Assembly: GCA_964385105.1 (NCBI GenBank) | Contig: CAYLMU010000002.1 | Location: 122,583-186,582 of the forward strand | DNA from: an uncultured Candidatus Saccharibacteria bacterium | GTDB lineage: Bacteria > Patescibacteriota > WWE3 > UBA101185 > UBA10185 | Direction: 5' to 3' | Length of the DNA: 64,000 bases | Shown: positions 19,516-29,793 of the stretch, piece after piece | How positions within the stretch are numbered: the stretch's first letter is position 1 | Layout: the number at the start of each line of letters is the position of its first letter | Notes under the pieces: model-generated | What the model saw: only the letters and a program-made list of their open reading frames with translations | What the model was told of the DNA's origin: nothing | The model's database searches: none | Made by a program: the position numbers and the translations under genes

Positions 19516-20160
19516 TTAAAATGGAAGTTTAATAAATAAGGCTGGTGAACTGCTAACAGATTCATAACCCGTGATTTCGTCTCCAAAGTGTTGAACTCCC
19601 CTGCACCATGAACCGTTTGACGGAGGTGTGTATGTTTTCATAATTTCGCACAAATCAGTGACGCCTTTAGAATAAAATGTTTCGCTCATATATTTGGAAA
19701 CAACTGCAATTCCTTCTTCTACAGTTTCAAAAGTTCTAACATTGTTGCCCCAAACTCCCCATCCGTAAAAATTATTTGAAGTTTGGCCATTTAAAGTAGG
19801 TACATTTTTGCCACAGCTTGATTCCTGAAATGCAATTGAAGCAACAAGCCAGTACGGAATATTATTTTTTTCTGCTTCTCTTACAAATGCTTCTCCGTAG
19901 CCTGTTATTGGGCAATTGTACTTTTCAAATACTTCGTTTAGTCTTGCTGCTTTAGAGTCTGCTCCCTCAATATTATTTGTTGATAAACCTAAAATATGCG
20001 GTCTGGCAGAAAATATTGAATATTTTAAATTGCCTGTTAGTTGAGGTTGTAATGTACCTAAAAGTAGAAAAATAAGAGTAAATGCCGATCCCATGGCAGA
20101 AAAAAGCCAGGCAGCCGGTAAGAAAGGTTTAATTTTTTCTAGAGCAGAATGCTTGGGCAT
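19516..20160 (-). CDS. secreted peptidoglycan hydrolase-like protein (glucosaminidase/GH73-like), paralog 2
   Basis: same architecture (AFQESSCGK, FYGWGVWG, YTPPSNGSW). Confidence 0.4.
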   Translation of the reverse strand: MPKHSALEKIKPFLPAAWLFSAMGSAFTLIFLLLGTLQPQLTGNLKYSIFSARPHILGLSTNNIEGADSKAARLNEVFEKYNCPITGYGEAFVREAEKNNIPYWLVASIAFQESSCGKNVPTLNGQTSNNFYGWGVWGNNVRTFETVEEGIAVVSKYMSETFYSKGVTDLCEIMKTYTPPSNGSWCRGVQHFGDEITGYESVSSSPALFIKLPF

Positions 20161-20185
20161 ACTTCAAGACTATTCTACCACATAC

Positions 20186-20668
20186 TTATGCTGTATGTGT
20201 ACCAAATACTTTTGCTATTACAAAACCTATTAATATTGCAATTCCGGCGATTGTAGCCATTCTAAATCCACCGGTTAAGCTTTTTTTCGGAATGAAACCT
20301 AATATAAACAGTGTAGCCAAAGACGACATAATTGAAACTACCATTGCCACATGAACTTCAAACACAACATATGGAAAAAGCGGAATAAACCCCGACACAA
20401 AATATGAAATAAACATTAAAACTCCATCTGTAACTGGATTACTGTTATCAGTGCTTGATTCATCATATTCGTTTGCTGAAGTTTCAGATAAAAAAGAACC
20501 GGCGCCCATTGAGAGTGCTTCAACTGCAATTACTATCAAACCGGTTAAAATAATTGTTTGTTTTTCAACATTTGCTGATGCTACGCCAAAAAGTACACCT
20601 AAAGTAGACACAAGACTATCTTCAGACCCGAAAATTATGTTTCTAAATTGGCTGGAATTAAAGCGCAT
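20186..20668 (-). CDS. VIT1/CCC1-family membrane protein (short)
   Basis: GSEDSLVSTLGVLFGVASAN and GLIVIAVEALSMGAGSFLSE motifs typical of VIT family. Confidence 0.5.
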   Translation of the reverse strand: MRFNSSQFRNIIFGSEDSLVSTLGVLFGVASANVEKQTIILTGLIVIAVEALSMGAGSFLSETSANEYDESSTDNSNPVTDGVLMFISYFVSGFIPLFPYVVFEVHVAMVVSIMSSLATLFILGFIPKKSLTGGFRMATIAGIAILIGFVIAKVFGTHTA

Positions 20669-20695
20669 TGTTTAATTGTTATTGTTTTTGCTTTT

Positions 20696-20998
20696 TCAGT
20701 CAACAAGTTTTTCAACTTCTTTAGCAAGGTCAAAGTCTTTGTATGTTAGCCCGTCTACTTCGTGTGTTGATATTTCAATAAATACGTTTTTATAATCATA
20801 AATTTTGAGGTCGGGATGATGATTTTGTGTTTCGGCTATAGCTGCAATGCGGTTAATGAAGTTAATTGCCTCCATAAAATCTTTAAATTGAATATTTAAG
20901 GTTAATTTATTGCTGTAAGGAGTTTTCCAGTCTTTTTTTAATAATTTTCGTAAGCTGCCTATTTCTGTCCGGCTAAGCTTCTTTGGTTTGTGTACCAT
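20696..20998 (-). CDS. pterin-4a-carbinolamine dehydratase (PCD/DCoH)
   Basis: 100 aa with conserved ...ETQNHHPDL... block. Confidence 0.7.
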   Translation of the reverse strand: MVHKPKKLSRTEIGSLRKLLKKDWKTPYSNKLTLNIQFKDFMEAINFINRIAAIAETQNHHPDLKIYDYKNVFIEISTHEVDGLTYKDFDLAKEVEKLVD

Positions 20999-21614
20999 GT
21001 GCTTCTACTATAGCATCAAGATTGTGTTCGTTAAAAGTCTCTTCATTTATTTGTCCGTTAGCATCTTTTTTAACTCTAACTATTTTGTCATTTACAGCAC
21101 CTACCATGACTCCGTTTAAACCAAGTTGATTTATGAGCTCTTCGGGAATTCTGCTTACATAGGCCGAAACAAGTATTCTGTCGTATGGAGCGTGTTCAGG
21201 TAACCCAAGTGTTTGTGAGGCCGGCTCAACAATTACATTTTTTAATTGTGCCGTGTTAATGTTTCTTCGGCTCATGTCTAGGAGTTCAGGCATAATTTCG
21301 ACACCATAAACAAAGCCTGTATATCCAGTAATATGAGCTAATAACGCTGTCGTCCACCCTGAACCTGTACCAAGGTCTAAAATTTTATTTCCTCTTTGTG
21401 GTTTTAAAAGTTCAAGCATGTGTGCAACTTCTGAGGGTTTTGAAATTGTTTGACCAGCACCGATTTGCAATGTTTTATCTTCATACGCTCTGGCTCTGTA
21501 CTCCGGTCTTACAAAATTAATCCTGTCTATCTTTTGAAAAGCTTCAACAATAAGCGGCGATTTAAGCAAACCTGTTGAAGCTAAGTATTTTACTAAAGAA
21601 ATATTATTATCCAT
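20973..21614 (-). CDS. pcm: protein-L-isoaspartate O-methyltransferase
   Basis: GQTISKPSEVAHMLELL and SAM motif ILDLGTGSGW. Confidence 0.8.
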   Translation of the reverse strand: MDNNISLVKYLASTGLLKSPLIVEAFQKIDRINFVRPEYRARAYEDKTLQIGAGQTISKPSEVAHMLELLKPQRGNKILDLGTGSGWTTALLAHITGYTGFVYGVEIMPELLDMSRRNINTAQLKNVIVEPASQTLGLPEHAPYDRILVSAYVSRIPEELINQLGLNGVMVGAVNDKIVRVKKDANGQINEETFNEHNLDAIVEAHGTQTKEA

Positions 21615-21621
21615 GATTAAA

Positions 21622-23166
21622 TTATACTATTGTTACTTCTCCTTTTTGTGGTTTTACGCCTCTTGTCGGTAACGTAAACCAAAAAGTGGTTCCTTTGCCC
21701 TCTTCGCTTTCAAACCATATTACTCCATCCATCAGTTCAACCAGTGATTTTGCTAAATATAAACCTAAACCCGTTCCATCAGGAATCATTTTTAATGCGT
21801 TTTCAGCCCTAAAAAATTTATTGAATATATCTTGTTTTTGGTTCTCTGGAATACCTATACCCTCATCTTTAATCTCTGAAATTATTTGCTCGTCTTGTTT
21901 TGATAATTTTATTTCAACCTTTTTACCTTCAGGTGAGTATTTGATGGCATTTCCGATTAAATTTAAATAAATCTCTCTAACAAGCTTAGGGTCTATATTT
22001 ATTGAAGGAATTTCTTCAGAAATCACACTAATCTCAACATTTTTATCTTGCGCCTTAACTTTTAGCTCTTTTACAATATCCTCAATCATAGCTTTAATAT
22101 CAGTATTTTTAGGTTCAACAAGTATTCGCCCCGATTCTATACGTGAAACATTTAACAAACCTCCAACAAGGCCAATTAATCGTGAGTTTGAAGTATAAAT
22201 GTCGGTAATATATTCTCGCTGCTTTTCGTTCAAATTACCAAAATCATCGCCCAATATAGCTTCAAGACCCCATTTCATTGAAGTCAAAGGTGTTCTTAAC
22301 TGATGTGAGGCAAGTGAAATAAATTCTGTTTTCATGCGGTCTACCTCTTTTGCCAGGGTAACATCTCGCTCCATAACAACAAAAAATATAACTTCGGAAT
22401 CTTTGTTTAAAATAGGTGAAATATTAATTTCGGCAATATACTCTTCTCCGTTCTTTCGTTTGTTTTTAACGTCTCCTTTATAATTTTGCTTATTTTTCTT
22501 AAGTTCGTTCCAAAATTCATTTGTCATTAGTTCAGGCCAAAATTTATGAGTTTCTTTATCAAGCATTTCTTCCGCCTCGTATCCTGTTATTAACTCACCG
22601 GCATTGTTACTGTATAAAATCACCCCGTTGTGGTCGGTAATTAAAATATGGTCTGAAGCTTTATCTACCGCCAACTTATACTTTTTTAAATCCTGTGCAA
22701 TAACCTCAGAAATTTTCTTTTCTTTTTCAACTTCTTTTAAAACCTCAACCGTTGCTTCTTCCTGAACTTTAAGTTTTTTATCTTTTTCTTCAATTTCTTT
22801 TGTTAAATTTTCAACAGACTTTTTCTTTTCTAAATCTGCCTGTTTTAATAACATTGTTTGCATTTGAACAGCTTTTGCTAATGGAAGTAATTCTTTTGGT
22901 GTGGACTTGCTTGGTTTAAAAGTTTTGTGTTCTTTCTCAGCTACTTTAAGCTCAGAATATAATTCATTGATTGGTTTAAAAATCATAGAAGAGCTCAAAA
23001 GCGACGCTGCTAATACAATAGTAATTAAAGCCAAAACAATTAAAATAAGAAAAGGCAGAAAAAGCACGTGGTTATAAGGAATAAACAAGATTAACAACGT
23101 GAAAAGTATTACAAATGCAATATTGGGCAATAAGATTGTTAAAAATAATCGAATTTTAATATTCAT
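21622..23166 (-). CDS. membrane sensor histidine kinase (2 TM, PAS, HisKA, HATPase)
   Basis: TM helices, coiled coil, PAS-like, H-box ISLASHQLRTPLTSM, ATPase GNAIKYS...GTGLGLYLAK. Confidence 0.8.
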   Translation of the reverse strand: MNIKIRLFLTILLPNIAFVILFTLLILFIPYNHVLFLPFLILIVLALITIVLAASLLSSSMIFKPINELYSELKVAEKEHKTFKPSKSTPKELLPLAKAVQMQTMLLKQADLEKKKSVENLTKEIEEKDKKLKVQEEATVEVLKEVEKEKKISEVIAQDLKKYKLAVDKASDHILITDHNGVILYSNNAGELITGYEAEEMLDKETHKFWPELMTNEFWNELKKNKQNYKGDVKNKRKNGEEYIAEINISPILNKDSEVIFFVVMERDVTLAKEVDRMKTEFISLASHQLRTPLTSMKWGLEAILGDDFGNLNEKQREYITDIYTSNSRLIGLVGGLLNVSRIESGRILVEPKNTDIKAMIEDIVKELKVKAQDKNVEISVISEEIPSINIDPKLVREIYLNLIGNAIKYSPEGKKVEIKLSKQDEQIISEIKDEGIGIPENQKQDIFNKFFRAENALKMIPDGTGLGLYLAKSLVELMDGVIWFESEEGKGTTFWFTLPTRGVKPQKGEVTIV

Positions 23167-23359
23167 GGCAGTTTTTTTATTTTACTTTATATTAACATTT
23201 TGAATTACAGTGACATATACATGTTTTTATTTAATTTACGGCATTTTCTTCGATTCATAAATTTGTTAATTGATTTTGCTTGGTATATAATTCGCCCAAA
23301 CTAAATAAATGCACATTAAAAAAGAATAATAAAAAACAAAAGGTATTTGGAGGATTAAG

Positions 23360-24151
23360 ATGTTTTGGATTAGAGTCATTTTCAGGTTACTAAAGTTAGG
23401 TCTCATTTTGTTTGTATTCGTATACATTATGGGACTATTGGCAGAACCTATTATTTCAATTCCGCTGCCGGGTTTTTTGTCGTTTCTTGAGCCCATCAAG
23501 TTTCTTGCTATATGGGGAAACAGAGAACTCGTTAATTCGGGTTTCTTACCAAGGCTTCTTGGAACAACAACGTCTCAAATTGTGGCTGTTCAAGGCCCTT
23601 TGCAGACATTGGGTCAGTTTGTAGTAAATTTATTCACTACCCCCGGAGGCTGGGCCATTTTATTACTTATAGTGATTTTATGGCTACTTACGGGAGGACA
23701 TCGAAACTTAGGCGGTCGGGTTCGGGGTGCTTTGGATGAACGAAATATTCCGGTTGGAATTTTGGTACTGGCGCTAATTGTGCTTTTGTTCCTCTATTCC
23801 CAAGGTGGAATGCCGTTATTAATTAGTAACCTTATTCCGGCAGGAATTCTGGTAATAGTTTTTGTGGTACTGGCGAAATTTCTGCCCGATATTGCCGGTT
23901 GGATCGGAGAAGTAGCAGGTGCAATTGTTACGTTTTTGCTGGTTGGGTTTGCAGGACTGATATTAGTTCTATCCGCTCTATCAGGAGCAGGCATGTCGAT
24001 TGGTTTTTTTAGTGCCTTACCTATTCCTGGTATGAACTGGGTGGTGGCACTAAGCCGCGAGATTGGATCAATGTTCAGTGCAACATTCATCCTTTTAGTA
24101 ACAATTGTAATTGGTGGCATATTAACAATACGGAGAAGATTAAATGGCTAA
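23360..24151 (+). CDS. hypothetical polytopic membrane protein (GC-rich island)
   Basis: 263 aa, about 7 predicted TM segments; higher-GC codon usage than flanks. Confidence 0.55.
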   Translation: MFWIRVIFRLLKLGLILFVFVYIMGLLAEPIISIPLPGFLSFLEPIKFLAIWGNRELVNSGFLPRLLGTTTSQIVAVQGPLQTLGQFVVNLFTTPGGWAILLLIVILWLLTGGHRNLGGRVRGALDERNIPVGILVLALIVLLFLYSQGGMPLLISNLIPAGILVIVFVVLAKFLPDIAGWIGEVAGAIVTFLLVGFAGLILVLSALSGAGMSIGFFSALPIPGMNWVVALSREIGSMFSATFILLVTIVIGGILTIRRRLNG

Positions 24152-25421
24152 GAAAAAGGCAGTTTTGTTTATAGGTGTGTTGGTTGCCTTACTTATAACT
24201 TTGGCAGGATGTTCAACCAAACTTGAAAAAGGCACTTTGCTATATAAATCTGAACAAGAGGCACTTAACAGACAAAATCCTGTTACAACGGCACAAGAAT
24301 CAGATTTAATGGCTGTTGAGCAAGTTAGCCCGTATGTTGCAAAAGTTACCGTATACAGCGGGATTAATGCTCCAGAGGGTGAGGTTGTTTATTATGCTTA
24401 TCTTCCTGAAGACAGCGTTGTAACACAACCACAAGAGAATGTTGCAGAGCAAGTACCACAGCCACAAGTTGAACAGCAAAATCAAGAAAACCAAAGTGTT
24501 GAAGAATCACCACCGCCGCAAGAAGGTACACCACTTTATGGCAACGTCGAAGATGCCATAAACGGAACAAACCCTCTAAGTACGTTGAGTGATACCGATG
24601 TTGTGATTGTAAGCAATTGGGCTAACCAAGAAAACAACATTGGCTACACCCACATAACCGGACCTGGTCGAGGTGCAACCGGTTTGTATTTTTACTACCG
24701 GATCCCGAATGGTGGGAATTCTAATATTTTCACTGAGACTTTTTCGGGGTTTAGATTAAGCGGTTTTCGTTTAGATGAAATTTCTTGGGGGCTGATTGTA
24801 GCATTTGTATTAGAGGCTCTTGTTATCTATGTTCCAATTCGTCATTATGTTTTGAGGAAAAACGTTCCCGATAATATTCTTATCAAAGTTGAAAATCCTC
24901 AAACTCAAGATGGCTTTGAGTTAGATTGGGTCACTGCGGAACTGCGGTATAGATTATCAACGAACCCTGACGAAGCGGAAGCGTATGAACGTATGGGAAA
25001 GGATGAGGTAATTGATCAAATTCGCATAGCCGTAAACAGGTTTATATACCAAATAACCAGCCAAGTCCCGCTAAAATTTGTAAATGCTTATCTTATCCGG
25101 GAAATCTCTTTGGATAATCCCGGGTTAGTACTCCCGGACGTTGGGATTGTTCCTCTTTCGTTTACGTTTAAGGAATCAAATATTCCACCGGAGTACGAGC
25201 AGTACTTACACGCAGAGACAGCGGCTAGAGAAAGGGGCAGACTGATAAATGATTTATCAGACACGGCAGGTATTCCGCGAAACCTCGCTGCTTTAGTTCA
25301 GATTGCTCAGAGTAGTGAAGGCACAATTCAAGCCTATCTTGCCAACGTATTATCTGGGGGTCAATTTACTGATAATATGTCCGAAGATTCCTCGGATGAT
25401 GAAGTTGAATCGGAGATATAA
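24144..25421 (+). CDS. hypothetical lipoprotein (GC-rich island)
   Basis: signal peptide with lipobox LAGCS; Q/P-rich linker. Confidence 0.55.
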   Translation: MAKKKAVLFIGVLVALLITLAGCSTKLEKGTLLYKSEQEALNRQNPVTTAQESDLMAVEQVSPYVAKVTVYSGINAPEGEVVYYAYLPEDSVVTQPQENVAEQVPQPQVEQQNQENQSVEESPPPQEGTPLYGNVEDAINGTNPLSTLSDTDVVIVSNWANQENNIGYTHITGPGRGATGLYFYYRIPNGGNSNIFTETFSGFRLSGFRLDEISWGLIVAFVLEALVIYVPIRHYVLRKNVPDNILIKVENPQTQDGFELDWVTAELRYRLSTNPDEAEAYERMGKDEVIDQIRIAVNRFIYQITSQVPLKFVNAYLIREISLDNPGLVLPDVGIVPLSFTFKESNIPPEYEQYLHAETAARERGRLINDLSDTAGIPRNLAALVQIAQSSEGTIQAYLANVLSGGQFTDNMSEDSSDDEVESEI

Positions 25422-25424
25422 CAA

Positions 25425-25883
25425 ATGTGGATTTTAATGGATATAGTATTCGCGTTTACCATTATAGGGACTACTCTGTTTATGGCAATTGGTGAACGCT
25501 TGAAAATGCAAGACAATGTAATTTACAGGTTCATATCTATGATGTGGAATAGGCTAAATCTCGTAATTTGGTGGCCATCGATTCAAAAGTATCTCTATAT
25601 TGTCATAACCTACATGACAATAAAAAGACTTTTGTTTTACACACTTACATCAATTGCGAGTACGCCATACTGGTTTGTATTAGCTGAGGTAACATTACCT
25701 CCATTACCCGGAGCACCTCTATCATTTGCATCCTGGTTGGTGCTTACTGTTATAGTGTTATTAATGGAAGCAATTGCGTGGACGAGGCAGACAAAGAATA
25801 AGATGCTAAATCCGGTATGGGTACCACTTCTGTATCTTGCAATTGCGTGGAGAACAACACTTTTGATTTTTCAAAGGTTCTAA
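25425..25883 (+). CDS. hypothetical membrane protein (GC-rich island)
   Basis: 152 aa, about 4 TM. Confidence 0.5.
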   Translation: MWILMDIVFAFTIIGTTLFMAIGERLKMQDNVIYRFISMMWNRLNLVIWWPSIQKYLYIVITYMTIKRLLFYTLTSIASTPYWFVLAEVTLPPLPGAPLSFASWLVLTVIVLLMEAIAWTRQTKNKMLNPVWVPLLYLAIAWRTTLLIFQRF

Positions 25884-26072
25884 TTACACCTCATTAAAAG
25901 GAGAAGATAAACCCGAACCTCAGCTCACATATGAAATATTCAATCGAAAAATTCATGCGTGATCTCAGGTTCGGATCTTTTTCAAGCTTATGATAATTCG
26001 TAAGTTTGAAACGAGATAATACAAATCATAAAAATAAATCAATTCACAAGAATTTGTTAAAAGGAGTGAAAA

Positions 26073-28325
26073 GTGAATAGGTACATTGAAAATCTAATCA
26101 GAAAAGTTGAAGTAAACTCAAGAAAGCTCACACGAAGGGGTTTTTTTGGATTATTGGTTATTAGTTTATTGGTTTCTGCGGGTTACTGGTATTTACCTAA
26201 AGCTGTAACTATTTCTGATGAAATGGATAGTTACTTGTTTTATGGAGTTGTGAGTCTATGGATTGTGTGTGGCTTATATGTTTTTGTTGGTGTTTTAAAC
26301 TTAAGGCGTATAAATCAGTCAGAAAATGTATTTTTTCATTTTTTGAACGCCCTGGATTTTTCGCCACTTGATAACACACCGCAGGATAAAGAGAAGAGTC
26401 GAAACAAATCGCCACTTCTCCTAGACGATACACAACACCGTATCGCTGAACAAAGAAGTTTTATAGCCATGAACAAAAGATTTCTGGTTATAGCATCTTT
26501 GCTAATTGTGAGTATGCTTGTTGTCGTGCTGCCAAGCTTGCTGGGATTTCTCGTTAAATTGAGCATATTCACTGTTATAGCGATTGTTTTTGGCATGTTG
26601 CTTTTAGTACTTTGGATAAATGGCCGCCTTAATATTGCTTTTATAGATAATATTAAGAATAAACTGGTTGCATTAAAATCCATTGTTCAGAGCAAATATC
26701 GTGGCATTAAAAAGCATGCACGCTTTGTGACCTGTGTTGTTCTTGTATTGGCTGTGGGTTTCTATTTTTTGGCAAGAGAAAAAAATTGGAATTTTACATT
26801 GCTAAACAATTCAACGGGTCTAAAAAATGCTTCAGTTGAGGTACGGACTACACCAACACCTTTTCCGCAGTTCACCCCGCAAGTTATAGTTGAACCAACA
26901 GCTGAGCCAGAGCCTTTTGGTGAAGTGCTTCAGCCAAGTGTGATATATGACGTAGACGAGGTAAATGAATTACGCGGAAACATTGCAGCAGAAACTCATT
27001 CTTTGCGCAATATCATTGTAGAAGTATTCAATACTTTTACAGGTATTACCACGGATGCATACAATAATCCAGATGTGAAATATGTTGATTGGAACCTTAT
27101 TGTTGAAAACAATGAGGAATCGCAAGATCACTCACATAATGATCTGGCAGGGTTAAATGCGTTTGTTGCAGAATGGGCAGATGATTTTCGGCGACGCCTT
27201 GATGATGTATTTTCACAAGACTCGCAAGGTGTTGTGTTGAATGAAGAGAGTCATAACCTCTACACCCAACAAACCCGTTTATTGCATCAGGCAATGAATG
27301 ATTTGTTTGAGTTGGCAGTTGCTCTTCAAAGTCTAAACGATCAGCATCCAAACTGGCATTTAGCATCTCAGAGGTTGCACATTTACAACAATACTGCTTT
27401 TCAATACAACAAAGTGGTAAATGATAATGCAAACCTTGGAGGTGCACTTCTTCCGATTTTCGATACAAGTGAAACTTCATTTGTAAAAGTATTGGAAGAA
27501 ATTTACAAGCGGGAGAATAGGGTTGTAATTACGGAGCCTGCACCGGTTCAACCGGCGGTTCCCGTTATAGCAAATCCGATTTTTGAGCTTGAACAAGCAG
27601 CCGGTCTGGGTACACCATCAGCCACATCACAAGACTCAGAAACTCCTATGCCAACTCCGACTCCTGTTCAATACGGAGTTGCAGGTCCTGCAGCATGTGA
27701 ATTTCCGATAGGAGGAAACGCTCGTTACCTAGACGTGGACTTAGTTGATACCAATGGTGATGGTGACGTAGAAGCAATTCCACTTCCTGCAAGTGGGGGT
27801 ATTGAAAAAGCTGTCACTTTAATGATGAAGGAACCCGCAATGTATATAGGGAACATCCAAGGATGCGGTCACGTTGTAGCTTTTTATTTAAATGACGCTC
27901 AACCGACATGGTTTTTGCTTGAAAGACCACCGGGAGTAAATCCTGGTGAGTGCATGATTGCAAATTACTTTGAAGCGGGTGACCCGTTTGATAATAGAAT
28001 TTACAGGGCAGACTGCAATACCGGAGAAAAAGGTGTTCAGATATTTCCGGCAAACGAAACGGTTACAACGTTTGATCCTGTTTGTGATACAAGTAGTACT
28101 AGTTTTCTTTCAGGGATTGGTACGGGATGGTCATTAAACGGGATTTACGATTCAGGACGTGGTGTGAGAGCTAGGTGGTTTGTGTGTTCTAGTGGACAGT
28201 ATCGTATAGATCTGGAAGGGTATGGATGGTATCTTTCAGATACTGTGCCATCAAATATTCCACAGAATACATGGTATCGCACGGTTCAAGCTAATGGCCA
28301 ATGGGTTGCAATTGTAGCCCAGTAA
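26073..28325 (+). CDS. large hypothetical membrane protein, 750 aa (GC-rich island)
   Basis: several N-terminal TM helices then a large Cys-containing extracellular domain. Confidence 0.55.
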   Translation: MNRYIENLIRKVEVNSRKLTRRGFFGLLVISLLVSAGYWYLPKAVTISDEMDSYLFYGVVSLWIVCGLYVFVGVLNLRRINQSENVFFHFLNALDFSPLDNTPQDKEKSRNKSPLLLDDTQHRIAEQRSFIAMNKRFLVIASLLIVSMLVVVLPSLLGFLVKLSIFTVIAIVFGMLLLVLWINGRLNIAFIDNIKNKLVALKSIVQSKYRGIKKHARFVTCVVLVLAVGFYFLAREKNWNFTLLNNSTGLKNASVEVRTTPTPFPQFTPQVIVEPTAEPEPFGEVLQPSVIYDVDEVNELRGNIAAETHSLRNIIVEVFNTFTGITTDAYNNPDVKYVDWNLIVENNEESQDHSHNDLAGLNAFVAEWADDFRRRLDDVFSQDSQGVVLNEESHNLYTQQTRLLHQAMNDLFELAVALQSLNDQHPNWHLASQRLHIYNNTAFQYNKVVNDNANLGGALLPIFDTSETSFVKVLEEIYKRENRVVITEPAPVQPAVPVIANPIFELEQAAGLGTPSATSQDSETPMPTPTPVQYGVAGPAACEFPIGGNARYLDVDLVDTNGDGDVEAIPLPASGGIEKAVTLMMKEPAMYIGNIQGCGHVVAFYLNDAQPTWFLLERPPGVNPGECMIANYFEAGDPFDNRIYRADCNTGEKGVQIFPANETVTTFDPVCDTSSTSFLSGIGTGWSLNGIYDSGRGVRARWFVCSSGQYRIDLEGYGWYLSDTVPSNIPQNTWYRTVQANGQWVAIVAQ

Positions 28326-28329
28326 CTAA

Positions 28330-29625
28330 ATGAGGAAACTTATGTACACACGTGAAAGAACCGAAGAAAAAAATCTTTCCCAGATTTTTTTCACAACTGT
28401 GATTCTAATGACCCTGATAGTAGCTTTGTATCTGCTATATCAGCGAGTCACCACTGAACACAACCAAGGTTCTATGGTAGTAATTGAGACGAGTGAAGCA
28501 GGCAACAACGAGTTCACACAAGAATCAAAGCCTGTTACAATTCCGACTCAAGCAGCATCATTTGAACCTACTATTCAACAGCTTGATGTCTTGTCTATGG
28601 GTCAGTTTGGTGGTTTGAACTTAACCTTTGAGCCAAGCATTAACATGCTTAAAGCAGAAACTGTCACAGTTTTACTACCTTACAGTCCCCCTCTAGTTCA
28701 GAGCGATGAGATCTCTCTAAAGTGGGGATCGTTTATCGCAGCTTTCATTGCAGGCAATCAGCCTGGGATGACAGATCTTGGTACTTGGTTTCTTCGAAAC
28801 TTGCAAAATGTTGATGTAGAAGCCGCAAGAATTGAATTAGTTCTTGCTATTGAAGGAACATCGCGATTTCCGGATAATCCATACTTGATTCACACAAGTG
28901 AAAGATCGAGTCAGAATCCTGGAATAAAAATCAAGTATATTCCTCAATTAGCAAATGCAATTGTGGCGTTGAGAGCTCTTGGTGCTGACGATATAGCAGA
29001 CACGCTGAAATCCGACGCATTAGCAGCTCTTGAACTTGAAGCTCAAATCATAGAGCAAGAACGCCAGGTACAATTGGCGCTACAAGCTCAAGCCTCAGCA
29101 GATGCCGAGCAAGAGCAAAATCAGGCGTTTGAAGCTCCTGAATCGGTTGAATCTCTCCAAGCCGCTCAAGTAACCGAACCGGTTGATGTACCTGTAGAAA
29201 GCACTGCTTCTCAAACCGAAAGCGGAATCGTTGACGGTAGCACATCAGACACCCAAGAGGTAATAGAATTACCTAGAAACCTCAACATTCCTCCTGGCGA
29301 TGTAGACAGTAGTTCGCTTGGTTTTTCGCCATACGGAATTTTAATGGGAGTTTGGGCATTGAGAGATTTCTTTGAGGGTAATCCGGGTATAACATATTGG
29401 GAAGTAACCAACATGGAATATCTGAGCCCTCGCGGCGCTTCTACCGGAGTTGCCGACTTCTTAGGCCTAAGTGAAGTTAAACTGTGGTATGTAACCATGG
29501 TCGGTCACAGGCCTGATGGTTCGGTAACAATTCCTGTGAAAGCAGGACTTTTCTGGTTAGGAGGGTTATCTCCATTTGAGATTGGCGATCAGCTTGAAGT
29601 CAAATCTATTTTGGGATGGCCTTAG
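28330..29625 (+). CDS. hypothetical membrane-anchored protein with low-complexity A/Q/E linker (GC-rich island)
   Basis: N-terminal TM; 5 nt after preceding gene. Confidence 0.5.
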   Translation: MRKLMYTRERTEEKNLSQIFFTTVILMTLIVALYLLYQRVTTEHNQGSMVVIETSEAGNNEFTQESKPVTIPTQAASFEPTIQQLDVLSMGQFGGLNLTFEPSINMLKAETVTVLLPYSPPLVQSDEISLKWGSFIAAFIAGNQPGMTDLGTWFLRNLQNVDVEAARIELVLAIEGTSRFPDNPYLIHTSERSSQNPGIKIKYIPQLANAIVALRALGADDIADTLKSDALAALELEAQIIEQERQVQLALQAQASADAEQEQNQAFEAPESVESLQAAQVTEPVDVPVESTASQTESGIVDGSTSDTQEVIELPRNLNIPPGDVDSSSLGFSPYGILMGVWALRDFFEGNPGITYWEVTNMEYLSPRGASTGVADFLGLSEVKLWYVTMVGHRPDGSVTIPVKAGLFWLGGLSPFEIGDQLEVKSILGWP

Positions 29626-29793
29626 TTAGTAAATCGTAAAAGATTTGTTGTTGAACCGGTAAATCATGCAAGTAAGCATATACCGGTTCAACTTTCCATT
29701 TTGGGCGTGTTGGTTTAAACATACTCAAAAGGGAGAGAAGTTTAAGAAGTACATTAAAAACTCAAAAGCAATAGCCGAAAAAAGGTAAAAAAA

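Noticed and set aside
23794-24570. Antisense ORFs in the GC-rich island (23794-24120, 24306-24494, 24364-24570, 26209-26683, 27097-27480, 27814-28053, 29048-29498, 30696-31109)
   Set aside because: Higher GC lowers stop-codon frequency, producing spurious long antisense ORFs; the sense-strand genes have coherent TM and signal features
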